Source: a virus
Lineage: Duplodnaviria; Heunggongvirae; Uroviricota; Caudoviricetes
DNA: 64,000 bases
IMG/VR virus record: IMGVR_UViG_3300035494_000066
Reading direction: 5' to 3' (one strand)
Positions 45,002-54,256 of this stretch are shown here, piece after piece. The notes under the pieces were generated by a model. It was not told where the DNA came from. It saw only the letters and a list, made by a program, of their open reading frames with translations, and did no database searches. A program made the translations under genes and the position numbers. Positions within the stretch are counted from its first letter, which is position 1. Every line of letters starts with the position of its first letter.

Positions 45002-45082
45002 GTCTCTTTCCTCTATCGCTTAACTTTATGTACTAAGTATAGTGGACAGAAGGCCAGGGGTCAACACATTTTTTCAAATTTC

Positions 45083-45337
45083 TTAGATAATTAGCAAATA
45101 AGTTGCTGCACAGCCTGCTACAAAACCAACAGCTAATGCAACAGATGAATAGTGTTTAGCTAGCCTAGATCGGTTCCAGCCGGATCTAGATCGAGCTCGG
45201 TCTATTCTGTTTGCTACTGTTAGTAAAACTACAGACACAACAAACATAGTAAACATACCAACTAGTACCGGAAACAACACTCCTGAGTTGTACAGTGCTG
45301 CTTCAAGTGGAGATCTGTATACGATTACTTCGGTCAT
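45083..45337 (-). CDS. small membrane protein (2 TM, 84 aa)
   Basis: Two hydrophobic helices. Downstream of the rSAM gene. Confidence 0.4.
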   Translation of the reverse strand: MTEVIVYRSPLEAALYNSGVLFPVLVGMFTMFVVSVVLLTVANRIDRARSRSGWNRSRLAKHYSSVALAVGFVAGCAATYLLII

Positions 45338-45358
45338 TTGTTTTCATCTCTGTAATAG

Positions 45359-46225
45359 TTAGCGAAAGTTTACTTCGTACTGGAGTTCTATTTCAGGTTT
45401 TGTCTTATTACATAATTTGTTTACACTACACACAATAGAACATGTTTTTTCTGGCGAATCCGATGTCCATGACGGTGCAACATCATCGATTGTTTTATGT
45501 ACTCCGAATATTCCGAAAAAGCAGCACGGGAATAAATCTCCTTTTGCATCGATGTATGCTTTCTTGCCGCGCAAACTAAGGCAATCGATGTGTCCCGGTT
45601 CAGAAGCAGGAGGTACCCAGCCAGTTGGATATTCTAATCCCGGAACCAATGCACGGGTACTTACTTTTGCACGGAATTGAGCAAACCCCAGTGATCTCGC
45701 TAACTCGATGCAGTCTTCTACTTGGTGTTCGTTGTGCTTATATATTAGCATATCCCAGCGGGCATTCCCCCCGGCGTTGATGAACGTCTGTACATTATCA
45801 ATAAGCTTATTCCAGTTGACATTCCGACGGTATATATGATTAGTGTCTGCTAATCCGTCGATGCTAAATGTAACATAATCTGTTTCGTACGAAAGAATGT
45901 CAGCAAGCTCTGCCCACCAACTCGGGCTTCGAATAGCACCGTTGGTGTTTATCGAAAGAGAGCACAGCGGGTTAATCTGTTTAGTTTGTTTTAATATATC
46001 CAGTGTGTGGCGGCCAGCAGCAGGATCGCCGAAGTTCCCGCAGAGTAGCAATCGCTTAAGTTGCTTAATCTGCTCGATGCTAAAATGCGTTAGCACTTGT
46101 TCGAATGACAAATGATTGTTTGACCTTTTATCAAACAATCCAGCGTCTTCTCTAGGACATTGCGGGCAAGCTGCCTGACATACATCAGTACTTTCTAAGT
46201 GTAATACGTTAATTTCTCTGATCAT
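45359..46225 (-). CDS. radical SAM enzyme, SPASM/twitch-type (288 aa)
   Basis: CQAACPQC (CxxxCxxC) at the N-terminus. LCGNFGDP and SINTNGA blocks. C-terminal Cys cluster CLSLRG...PCCFFG. Confidence 0.7.
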   Translation of the reverse strand: MIREINVLHLESTDVCQAACPQCPREDAGLFDKRSNNHLSFEQVLTHFSIEQIKQLKRLLLCGNFGDPAAGRHTLDILKQTKQINPLCSLSINTNGAIRSPSWWAELADILSYETDYVTFSIDGLADTNHIYRRNVNWNKLIDNVQTFINAGGNARWDMLIYKHNEHQVEDCIELARSLGFAQFRAKVSTRALVPGLEYPTGWVPPASEPGHIDCLSLRGKKAYIDAKGDLFPCCFFGIFGVHKTIDDVAPSWTSDSPEKTCSIVCSVNKLCNKTKPEIELQYEVNFR

Positions 46226-46232
46226 ACTTTAT

Positions 46233-46805
46233 TTACCAGCCGCTAACTACTAGGTCATCGTTCGCCCAATCAAAGGTATGATAGGTATAGATCAAGTTAA
46301 AAAACGAATACTCTAAGTTGTGCGCAGTAATCGGTTCGTTGGCATTCGTCAGCGAGTACAAATGATTAGCCGGGCCGGACTTGTAATTAAACTTCTCCCA
46401 CGAAAATAATCTGCTTCGCGTGTCGTTTTCTAATTCGTCGATAACAAACTTATCAGCTAGCGAAAGGGACTTTCCTGCTCTAACTGATTCTAAAACTTTC
46501 GCTAGCATAGTGTACCGTTCTTCGAAGCTACTATACAAGAGTTCAGCAACGTAGTCGATATAGTCTGCAAACTCTTTCTTTGTAACACAATTAAACATAT
46601 CCTCGTCTAAATCGACGTTGCGGTAGTACGGAACGCCTAGGCTTCCCGGAACAACAGGTAATTGATACAGCTCTTCGGCAAAAAACGGCCGGTATAGATA
46701 TGTTGAATACTCTGAACACACTGCTTCTAGTTCATCACGCGGCATAGATCGAAATTGTGCCGATGCACGTTTTGGAACTTTATTGATACGAACACGGTAC
46801 GACAT
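46233..46805 (-). CDS. hypothetical protein (190 aa)
   Basis: Minus-strand ORF directly upstream of the rSAM gene. Confidence 0.45.
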   Translation of the reverse strand: MSYRVRINKVPKRASAQFRSMPRDELEAVCSEYSTYLYRPFFAEELYQLPVVPGSLGVPYYRNVDLDEDMFNCVTKKEFADYIDYVAELLYSSFEERYTMLAKVLESVRAGKSLSLADKFVIDELENDTRSRLFSWEKFNYKSGPANHLYSLTNANEPITAHNLEYSFFNLIYTYHTFDWANDDLVVSGW

Positions 46806-46982
46806 TAACTTTCCTCAGAGTCGATTAGATCGATGAAGTCACCTTTAGTAAGGTAAGCCTTAAAACTGCTAGTAACTTGAACTGTCACAGTTGATGCCAG
46901 TCGAAGTACTAGCGTCGGACGCTTCACACACCAAGCGTCCGTCTTTAGCATATAGTTTATAAAAATGACCCACAATACAGTG

Positions 46983-47252
46983 TTACTCCTGCGGCAGTTT
47001 CAGCCGAGTTGACTCTATTTTGATATGCGGACCGTTGCGACCAAATCCGAGCACTACAGTTTCTGGCAGTTCAGCAAACGTTTTGTTAACTTCCTAGTGA
47101 ATGTCGCGCTCCCACTTGGTCTTAGTGTAGCATCCCAGGCGCTGGTTAAACCCTTTGTCTCGGGAAAATACAGCACCGTCTTCGCGGATTGCATACTCTG
47201 CTCCGGTGTTAACTGGCTGAGTGTAGTAGCAAACAGACTTGAGCTTAGACAT
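46983..47252 (-). pseudogene. NUMOD4-containing homing-endonuclease remnant interrupted by in-frame TAG (at 47094-47096)
   Basis: Hand translation MSKLKSVCYYTQPVNTGAEYAIREDGAVFSRDKGF... carries a Y-x-VS/IR-x-x-G-x-V-x-S NUMOD4-like motif. 52 aa, then TAG, then 36 aa. Too short for an intact HNH enzyme. Confidence 0.35.
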
Positions 47253-47342
47253 ACTGCCTCCTAGTGGCATCGTTTAACTTAAGTATATTGTAGTGCCGCG
47301 CAGTCTCAAGGTCAACACCTTTGAGCAGATAATGTTACTTTT

Positions 47343-48689
47343 TTAGAACGTAAGATTAGAAATGTCATCTAGTAGCAGCTGTTCAAACGATAGCTTCTTG
47401 TATGCTGCGATTTCTTTCTTAAGCTGGGTGGCTTTTGCTGTTAGCTTTGCAATTTCTTCTTTGGTTAAGCTGCGCATAGGCAAGCCCAGGAACTTAGACA
47501 CATAAGGTTCCAACGTCGAGTCATATGCAATGGTTTGAGTTACTACGTCTTTCTCTGCCGTGTTGCGCAGCTCAATCTTGCCCTGTACAACGCCTTTGAT
47601 GAAACTTGCTCTAGCGATAGCTAGGTCTGCTTCCTCTTGCATACGCTGCAGTTTGAGCTGTTTACGCAAGTCGTTGAACTCGATCCGTTTAACATACCAA
47701 GCGTTTAGCATACTAGTCAGTGAGTCAAACACTGTCACTTTGTTATTCTCGTCGGTGCACGTAAAGTTCTCGCTCACTTTCTTGACAAGCTTGAGCTTAT
47801 TAAGAATCCACTCATCGTCGTGGCTTGTGAACTTAGTGTCAACGACAACATCAAACTCAAACACGTCATTGTCTGACAGGTCGTCATAATCCTTGATTAC
47901 TTTGTCTTCGACAAGTTTTTCAAGAACAGCCTGATACTGCTTTAGGGTATATCCGATCGGAAGACTAGTGATGTTAATCCGAGCTCGACTTTTACGATTA
48001 AACGTCCCTTTAATAATCCACTGGACCGGAGTCTCACCTTGTTCAACTGTACAAGTCATCCCTTTCCACCACGGTGTTAGGTCTGCAGTGATATTCTTTT
48101 CACCAGTGGCTTTTTGTTCGACCCATTTTTTAATCTCTGCTGGGTTACGAGGTAGAATTTTTTGTGCGAAGCCAATCGAAACACCGTCGCTACCATTGAT
48201 TGCAATCATCGGCAACGTTGGCACGTAAAACCTAGGTTCTATGCTCGATCCTTCAAAGCTCTGTGCTACTAGGTTATTGTAGTCGTCTTTATTAAACAGC
48301 TGACGCAGTACTGGATTCATGCGAGCAAAAATATATCGAGTTGCTGCTGCTTCCGGAATGAAGGCGGACCCGAAGTTACCGTCACCTTCGAGGAGCGGCA
48401 GGTTGTTGCCCGAGCCAACGTAGTTTGCGGTCATGTTAACGATTGTACCTTCTAGACTGCCGTGCAAATACTGTGCATAGTCTTGTACTTTTGGTCCTAG
48501 GTTAGAAACCTTAACGAACTTATCAATGTTTTGCTGTAGCACAGTATGAAGGATTTTTCGAGAGGCATTCTTCTGCCCGTCGATGTAACTTGCAATTTTT
48601 CGAACGTTGTCGTACACACTGAAGTCGATGTACTCGTTCTTGAAAAAATCTTCTAGTTTTAGCAAGTTACTTACTACTGCATCAGTCAT
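47343..48689 (-). CDS. DNA topoisomerase II medium subunit (GyrA-like breakage-reunion domain, T4 gp52-like)
   Basis: KILHTVLQ and YLHGSLEGTIVNM...GDGNFGS...AAATRYIFARM blocks match the GyrA/ParC N-terminal domain. 448 aa. Confidence 0.75.
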   Translation of the reverse strand: MTDAVVSNLLKLEDFFKNEYIDFSVYDNVRKIASYIDGQKNASRKILHTVLQQNIDKFVKVSNLGPKVQDYAQYLHGSLEGTIVNMTANYVGSGNNLPLLEGDGNFGSAFIPEAAATRYIFARMNPVLRQLFNKDDYNNLVAQSFEGSSIEPRFYVPTLPMIAINGSDGVSIGFAQKILPRNPAEIKKWVEQKATGEKNITADLTPWWKGMTCTVEQGETPVQWIIKGTFNRKSRARINITSLPIGYTLKQYQAVLEKLVEDKVIKDYDDLSDNDVFEFDVVVDTKFTSHDDEWILNKLKLVKKVSENFTCTDENNKVTVFDSLTSMLNAWYVKRIEFNDLRKQLKLQRMQEEADLAIARASFIKGVVQGKIELRNTAEKDVVTQTIAYDSTLEPYVSKFLGLPMRSLTKEEIAKLTAKATQLKKEIAAYKKLSFEQLLLDDISNLTF

Positions 48690-49354
48690 TCACTGTCTCC
48701 ATGCTTGTTATCAATGTGTTGTTTCATATTGTTTTTACCATAAATCATTTGTCCACAGTGAGGACAAGGCTTAGTATTCCTTGCTCTACGCTCTGCAACT
48801 CGTTGCGGATCTTTCTGCGTTTGCATTTTCTTTTCGAATGCATCTTTCCAAACTGTTTCTTTCCATTCTTTAGACTGCTTCGTCTCTGAGATATGCTTAC
48901 CTCTATCTTTCATCTTAACAGACTTGGCGTGTCCTTCTTTTATTCTCTTGCTATGTGCTAGTTTAAACTCTGGTGTATTCATTGTCAAGCGAACTTTCTC
49001 ACTAAAGTATTTTCGCCATGCTGGATCCGCGCTAATGTCTTTCATTATTTCACTCATTTTTTGTTTATGTAAATCAGTATGTTTGAGTCCAGAACTCCCT
49101 TCACCGCCATCTGTTTTATTATACAGTATTCCGGATCCTAAATCTTTGCGACCGTACTTAGCAATAAGTTCAATTTCTAAATCCCAGGCTTCTTGTTCTG
49201 TAAGATTTTGTTTAATGATGTTAACTCTGTCATCACCTGGATAGTACTTGCGCCTTTTATCGAACGCTCGTTTCTTTTTACCTTTTCCGATATAGTAAGG
49301 AGTCCCATCTGTGCGGACCCACTCGTAGACATAATAAATATTATTAGCTGACAT
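48686..49354 (-). CDS. GIY-YIG homing endonuclease with C-terminal zinc finger (Seg-like), inserted between the topoisomerase II subunit genes
   Basis: NIYYVYEW...GTPYYIGKGKKKR GIY-YIG motif, LYNKTDGGEG motif, C-terminal CPHCG...H...H zinc finger. Confidence 0.7.
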   Translation of the reverse strand: MSANNIYYVYEWVRTDGTPYYIGKGKKKRAFDKRRKYYPGDDRVNIIKQNLTEQEAWDLEIELIAKYGRKDLGSGILYNKTDGGEGSSGLKHTDLHKQKMSEIMKDISADPAWRKYFSEKVRLTMNTPEFKLAHSKRIKEGHAKSVKMKDRGKHISETKQSKEWKETVWKDAFEKKMQTQKDPQRVAERRARNTKPCPHCGQMIYGKNNMKQHIDNKHGDSE

Positions 49355-49443
49355 ATTACCTTCCTTATGTTAGTGCAGTTGGATGTTGGCGCATCGCGAA
49401 CTGCTTCTAATAATATTTATCTTTTTATCATAATATCAAAAGG

Positions 49444-51231
49444 TCATATTCTCATTATGTCAAACGGCGGACTTTGCAGGATTTGTTCTTTTCGATAATC
49501 GATCGTGTCTCCAGAGAACCAGTACGTAAACAGGTCAGTATCTGTGATGTGCACAGTAGGCAACATGTTGCTCATACCGTCTGCAGCGATGATATCTTTG
49601 AGATCCTTTTCGCTCCAAGACCCTAGTCCCTTTACGTAAGAAACGTCGAGGCTTTTGCTAATCTTGTTAACGTCGGCAAATGTGTAAGCCCACTCTTTAA
49701 CAATGTTATTCTTCTTCCCGATTGCAATCGGAGTCCGGAGAATCTTCATCTTTCCGTTTGTTAGGTGGTCTGGGAAGAACTTATTCATAAACAAAGCAAC
49801 TAGACCCCGGATACGCGAACCGTCTGCGTCTGCGTCTGTTGCAATACAAATCTCAGCATCTGGGTAGGTAGTGATAATTGCATACAGTTCAGACAGCTCT
49901 TTGTTAGCCATGAACTTTTGATGGCTTACTTCTAGCACGTTAAGCGGAACACCCTTGAGTGCGTAAAATGCATTGCCTTTGCGACCTAAGCATTTAATAA
50001 GACCGCCTGAAGCACTGTCCCCTTCTACAACGTAAATTCTCTTAGTATGACCTATTGCCGCAAAGTACTTGTCGCTTGTTACCTTGCGTTTCTTTTCAAG
50101 CTTCTTAAGGTCTTTCTTTGTAGCAAGTTCATCTTGGAGACGACTATACGCGGTAATCTCCTCAATGAGGTCTACATTCTTCATTAGCTTAGCAACAATC
50201 TTTTTAGAGTCGAACTCTCCAATAGCATCGCGGCACTCAGCAGGTGCGTTTGTAACGCGCTCTTTTGTCTGACTGTCGAACTTTAATGCATGGAACCCAT
50301 TGACAACTGCGTGAACTCGAAGGTGCTGTCGGAGTCGGGCTGGTGTGATGTCAACTTTCTTTCGGCGCTTGATTGCATCACGCAAATCATTAATGATTGT
50401 GTTTACAAAATAGTCGATGTGCGTTCCTGACTTAACAGACAACCCGTTTACTAGCGAGTGTGTTTGAAAGCTTCCGTCGGACTTAGTAATGCCAAACACC
50501 GCCTTTTCTGTTTGGAACACATCACACTCGCCAAAGTAGTCCGCAAACTTTACTTTAACTAGCTTGTTGTTAAATCGGAATTTAATGTCGTCAAATGCTA
50601 GTGCTAGCGAAGTAACACGTTCAGCAATCATACCTACGTGGGCACTGTCAATACCGTCGAGGCCGAAGAAGCCGTAGTCTGGTTTAAATTTGATGATCGT
50701 GCCTTTTCGTACGGTCTTTTTAGTCGAAATGTTGATAACCTGGCCGTGACGACCTTCGAGGTGTACTTCTGAAGTTCCGTCGGCACTCTTAGCATCAAAC
50801 ATCTCAGATGTAACAAACGTGATCATCGATCCAACACCATTCATGCCGATCGATTCGCGAGAGCTGTCATCAAAGTTCGAGCCAGCGCGAGCACGGGTAA
50901 ACGCGGCAACCATCTGGTACTCTTTACCGTCCGGTGTGTCAATTAGCTTAGCAGGGATACCCCGTCCGTTGTCCGAAACAGTAATAGTACCGTCTGCATC
51001 AACGGAGACATCAATCTTGTTTGCGTATTCGCCTTTAGTGCGAACATATTCGTCGATTGAGTTGTCAATGATTTCGTTGATAACTTTTAGCAAGCCGCCT
51101 ACTAAGCTAACTTTTGAAAACTCGCGGTTGAGGAATACTGATTCCTCTTGAACAACCTGACTGCCACCGTACATCGAAAACCGTTGCTTAATGTGGTGTG
51201 CGTCAGATAGAATTTTAAAATTGTCGGTCAT
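49444..51231 (-). CDS. DNA topoisomerase II large subunit (GyrB-like GHKL ATPase + TOPRIM, T4 gp39-like)
   Basis: NEIIDNSIDE, DNGRGIP (GHKL), EGDSASG (TOPRIM). 595 aa. Confidence 0.8.
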   Translation of the reverse strand: MTDNFKILSDAHHIKQRFSMYGGSQVVQEESVFLNREFSKVSLVGGLLKVINEIIDNSIDEYVRTKGEYANKIDVSVDADGTITVSDNGRGIPAKLIDTPDGKEYQMVAAFTRARAGSNFDDSSRESIGMNGVGSMITFVTSEMFDAKSADGTSEVHLEGRHGQVINISTKKTVRKGTIIKFKPDYGFFGLDGIDSAHVGMIAERVTSLALAFDDIKFRFNNKLVKVKFADYFGECDVFQTEKAVFGITKSDGSFQTHSLVNGLSVKSGTHIDYFVNTIINDLRDAIKRRKKVDITPARLRQHLRVHAVVNGFHALKFDSQTKERVTNAPAECRDAIGEFDSKKIVAKLMKNVDLIEEITAYSRLQDELATKKDLKKLEKKRKVTSDKYFAAIGHTKRIYVVEGDSASGGLIKCLGRKGNAFYALKGVPLNVLEVSHQKFMANKELSELYAIITTYPDAEICIATDADADGSRIRGLVALFMNKFFPDHLTNGKMKILRTPIAIGKKNNIVKEWAYTFADVNKISKSLDVSYVKGLGSWSEKDLKDIIAADGMSNMLPTVHITDTDLFTYWFSGDTIDYRKEQILQSPPFDIMRI

Positions 51232-51295
51232 TTTTTTCCTTAACGTGTAATACTTCTCAAATGCTATTCAGTGCAGCAACTATTTAGTTTAGGCG

Positions 51296-51532
51296 TTATT
51301 TTGAACGCCACGCTGCTTGCAATGTATACAGAACAGCAGCAATCGGTAACACCACTGGACCTAGAAGCATCATTCTTGCTGCTTTTTTGATTTTTGAAAA
51401 AACACCAACTGTATAATTATGCATCTCACTTAACAATGCATCACTAACAGTGTCGATATTAGCATGAGTAGGAACATGCTCATAGAACTGTGCAGTTCGG
51501 TACGCTACTACAATATACATTACTGCTCCCAA
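51296..51532 (-). CDS. small membrane protein (78 aa)
   Basis: Hydrophobic ORF. Confidence 0.35.
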   Translation of the reverse strand: MGAVMYIVVAYRTAQFYEHVPTHANIDTVSDALLSEMHNYTVGVFSKIKKAARMMLLGPVVLPIAAVLYTLQAAWRSK

Positions 51533-51948
51533 TGTTTACCCGACAGAATAGATGTAATACCCGGCTGATAGATATTAACTTTTGCTCGGGCCTCTTCAAC
51601 TGTAATTACGATGCTCAACTTCTCAATATCTTCAGCACATGCATCAGTAAGCGCCCAATTCTTAGTCATAGCAGTCGGAGCAAAATGTCCTTGGACAAAT
51701 GCGTACTCGGGCCCAAACTCTTTGTTACAGGCATACTGTGCAAGTCTCTGTTGCATGCTCACAGCGTTAACCGCGACCAATCCAGCGCGTTGGAGTCCGC
51801 GGCCTTCTGTCAGGTCCGGAGAATATCGAACAACATAGTACGCAACACAATCAATTAGTGCTTGGTGCTGCTCTGCATCTGCGCGTTTATCAAAAACTTT
51901 ACCGTCGGTGCATTTGAAATGCTCAACTAGAATAGACCTGACACTCAT
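51520..51948 (-). CDS. hypothetical protein (142 aa)
   Basis: Minus-strand ORF. Confidence 0.45.
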   Translation of the reverse strand: MSVRSILVEHFKCTDGKVFDKRADAEQHQALIDCVAYYVVRYSPDLTEGRGLQRAGLVAVNAVSMQQRLAQYACNKEFGPEYAFVQGHFAPTAMTKNWALTDACAEDIEKLSIVITVEEARAKVNIYQPGITSILSGKHWEQ

Positions 51949-51963
51949 TTTGTGATCCTTCTG

Positions 51964-52173
51964 TTAGACGTGATATGATTTAACCACTCGAATGCATTCG
52001 CTGTCGACATACTTTTCGTTAACAAATCCTAACTCCGGATCTAACGGCTTAGCTAGTCGGCGAGCAACGGTTTCGCGGAACAGGTATCCGGAATCTGCAG
52101 ACACAACTTGTGATGCAAATACTTTGCGAGTGTCATTATGCAAGACTTCAATTACGTAATATGGTGCGCTCAT
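51964..52173 (-). CDS. hypothetical protein (69 aa)
   Basis: Minus-strand ORF. Confidence 0.3.
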   Translation of the reverse strand: MSAPYYVIEVLHNDTRKVFASQVVSADSGYLFRETVARRLAKPLDPELGFVNEKYVDSECIRVVKSYHV

Positions 52174-52219
52174 TAGTGGCTCCGTGCTGCCTATCTACCA
52201 TGAATACAGTATAGCAACT

Positions 52220-52459
52220 TCACACTGTGAGATCAACTCCTAGACGGCCTAATTCGTGTCGAGCAACGTCTAAATCTGCACACATACCGTTAGTAATGTA
52301 ACGCACCAGATCGTCGTGTGGTAGCGCAGCGAGCATTCTAGTCAATTTATCCTTAGGTGCAAGTCCGCCGATCTGAACTAGCAAGGATTCAGCGCGTTCG
52401 ACGGTTGCAAAGTGCTCGCGGGCTTTTACAAATTCAGAGCGATCCATATTAAACCTCAC
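52220..52459 (-). CDS. hypothetical protein (79 aa)
   Basis: Minus-strand ORF. Confidence 0.35.
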   Translation of the reverse strand: MRFNMDRSEFVKAREHFATVERAESLLVQIGGLAPKDKLTRMLAALPHDDLVRYITNGMCADLDVARHELGRLGVDLTV

Positions 52460-52674
52460 AGACCAAAGACGTGGTCGTATACGTTTTGCAAAACAATAGC
52501 ATCTACTACTTCGGGGTAACCAGTAACTGCAAGACGTTTAAAGTTAACGTAGATAAACTCATCAATTTCAGACATTGTTGCGCCACGTTCGTTGAGCAAG
52601 AGTCGCGCAGCATCGGCAATTCGAAAAACCAGTTGGTCGCCTTCTTCGGAGTACATGTCAAACATATCAATCAC
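52456..52674 (-). CDS. hypothetical protein (72 aa)
   Basis: Minus-strand ORF coupled to its neighbour. Confidence 0.35.
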   Translation of the reverse strand: MIDMFDMYSEEGDQLVFRIADAARLLLNERGATMSEIDEFIYVNFKRLAVTGYPEVVDAIVLQNVYDHVFGL

Positions 52675-52675
52675 C

Positions 52676-52945
52676 TTAAAAGTATTGACGACGGCTGTCG
52701 TCGGTTGCTAAGTCGCGGCGTACATTGCCGTTTTCGTCAATGTGGATACCCGGCAAGCCGTTAACATCCGGGCCAAGCATTTCAGCGGTTAGGTACCCGA
52801 ATCCTTTGTAATTACCAGTCTCCATTAGCGCAAGCTCGATAACATTGCACATACCGTATCGCATTTCTGCACTGCAGGTGCTATTTGCAAGCATGTCGTT
52901 AACACGAGTCTTCAGTTCGTCAACATTAACAGTTTTACGGGCCAT
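52676..52945 (-). CDS. hypothetical protein (89 aa)
   Basis: Preceded by the conserved TATAAT-leader promoter at 52962-52984. Confidence 0.4.
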   Translation of the reverse strand: MARKTVNVDELKTRVNDMLANSTCSAEMRYGMCNVIELALMETGNYKGFGYLTAEMLGPDVNGLPGIHIDENGNVRRDLATDDSRRQYF

Positions 52946-52961
52946 GTCGTCTACCTCGTTT

Positions 52962-52984
52962 GCTTAACTTATGCTTGTATTATA
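52962..52984 (-). promoter_or_regulatory. conserved promoter/leader element TATAATACAAGCATAAGTTAAGC (minus strand), copy
   Basis: Near-identical 23-mer at 12083-12105 and 57716-57738. -35-like TTGTAT 17 bp upstream. Confidence 0.5.
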
Positions 52985-53063
52985 AAGCCACCACGAGACT
53001 GATACAAGACTTTTCTTTAAAAATTTTGCCCAGCTTGGTCTGTTAGAGAACAGCACTGCTTAG

Positions 53064-53336
53064 TCAAATGAACTTACGCTTGTACTTAAACAGTGCCCTC
53101 TTTGAGAGAATATATGCCGTTAGCAAGCCTAACGGGCCCGCTAACGCCCACAGCATAGCAAACGTCATGTCGAACCAGTAATCCTGTGCTGCGATAATTT
53201 CGTATTTCCCTTGCCAGTAGCCGAAAACGTAACCGTAACAAACAACTGAACAAATAAGATAAAACACTACGAGTATTGCAAGAAACACCAGGCTGTTATC
53301 CTTTTTTTTTGTTTTAAGAGTTTCTGATGAAGACAT
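53064..53336 (-). CDS. small membrane protein (2 TM, 90 aa)
   Basis: Hydrophobic ORF. Confidence 0.35.
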   Translation of the reverse strand: MSSSETLKTKKKDNSLVFLAILVVFYLICSVVCYGYVFGYWQGKYEIIAAQDYWFDMTFAMLWALAGPLGLLTAYILSKRALFKYKRKFI

Positions 53337-53358
53337 GTGGCGATTGTTCCTTACATCT

Positions 53359-53829
53359 TCATGCTTCGTATTCTACACAAGTAAACTCAACATCATACAG
53401 TTGTTCGACATCAAGAAGAATTTGTTCAATGATGTTCCAGTCACCGCCTCCTAGCCCACATCCGATATACTTCGGGATGATCAACTCATAGTCAACTTCG
53501 TCGGAGTCGCTATTTACTAGTTGTGTTATTGCGTTTACGAATGCGGCGTAATTAGTATGTCGCTCGCCAGTTCCATAATTAAACTGTGAGAATAGACCGA
53601 CTACACTATGATATGAATCGATCATAGTAAAAAAGTACTCACCAAACATTTCACTAGAACCAAAATGATCTACACACTCTTTGTAGTCATCAAAATGATT
53701 TGGATATGTGTCTCGAATCTGCTTTGCAATACCAGAACCCATTACACCTTGGCAATTTACTTGATGTATGAGGACTGCAGATTTCGAGTTTTTGAAAACT
53801 TCAATTGCGTCGCCGCTAATGTATTTCAT
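53359..53829 (-). CDS. macro-domain (ADP-ribose-binding/processing) protein
   Basis: LIHQVNCQGVMGSGIAKQI and IGCGLGGGDW match the macro-domain nucleotide-binding loops. 156 aa. Confidence 0.6.
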   Translation of the reverse strand: MKYISGDAIEVFKNSKSAVLIHQVNCQGVMGSGIAKQIRDTYPNHFDDYKECVDHFGSSEMFGEYFFTMIDSYHSVVGLFSQFNYGTGERHTNYAAFVNAITQLVNSDSDEVDYELIIPKYIGCGLGGGDWNIIEQILLDVEQLYDVEFTCVEYEA

Positions 53830-54256
53830 AGTTGCCCTATATTCGAGTTCATTTAAACATAGTATAGCATGCTAGTATCCGAGCTGCAAGTTAAGTAGCA
53901 TCGTCTTGTCGCCAGTAGAAGCCCAAGCCTAGTTTCTTATAAGAAACCATACCTAAGTAAAATCCAGACTCTAGGCACTTAACATTGGACCAAAGCAGTT
54001 TGCCTAACTTTAAAAATACCATACGTTACCTTTATATTCTTCTTGCAACTTAGCTAAGAAGTCCTTTTTAATATCTGCTTAGCTTCGTCGACTAACGAAA
54101 CTACTGCATTTACATCATATCTACTAGGACCGTATACATCAATACCGCTGCGAGTTGTATATTGATAACTTCCTTGCTCTAGAGATAGCTTTGCTAGCTT
54201 CTTGATCAACTTTGTCTTTCTGCCCATTACACAGTGCTCCTATCATTGCTCTAGTA

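Noticed and set aside
47025-47264. Plus-strand 79-aa ORF
   Set aside because: It lies antisense to the minus-strand NUMOD4 endonuclease remnant. Every other gene nearby is on the minus strand. It has no promoter or RBS context.
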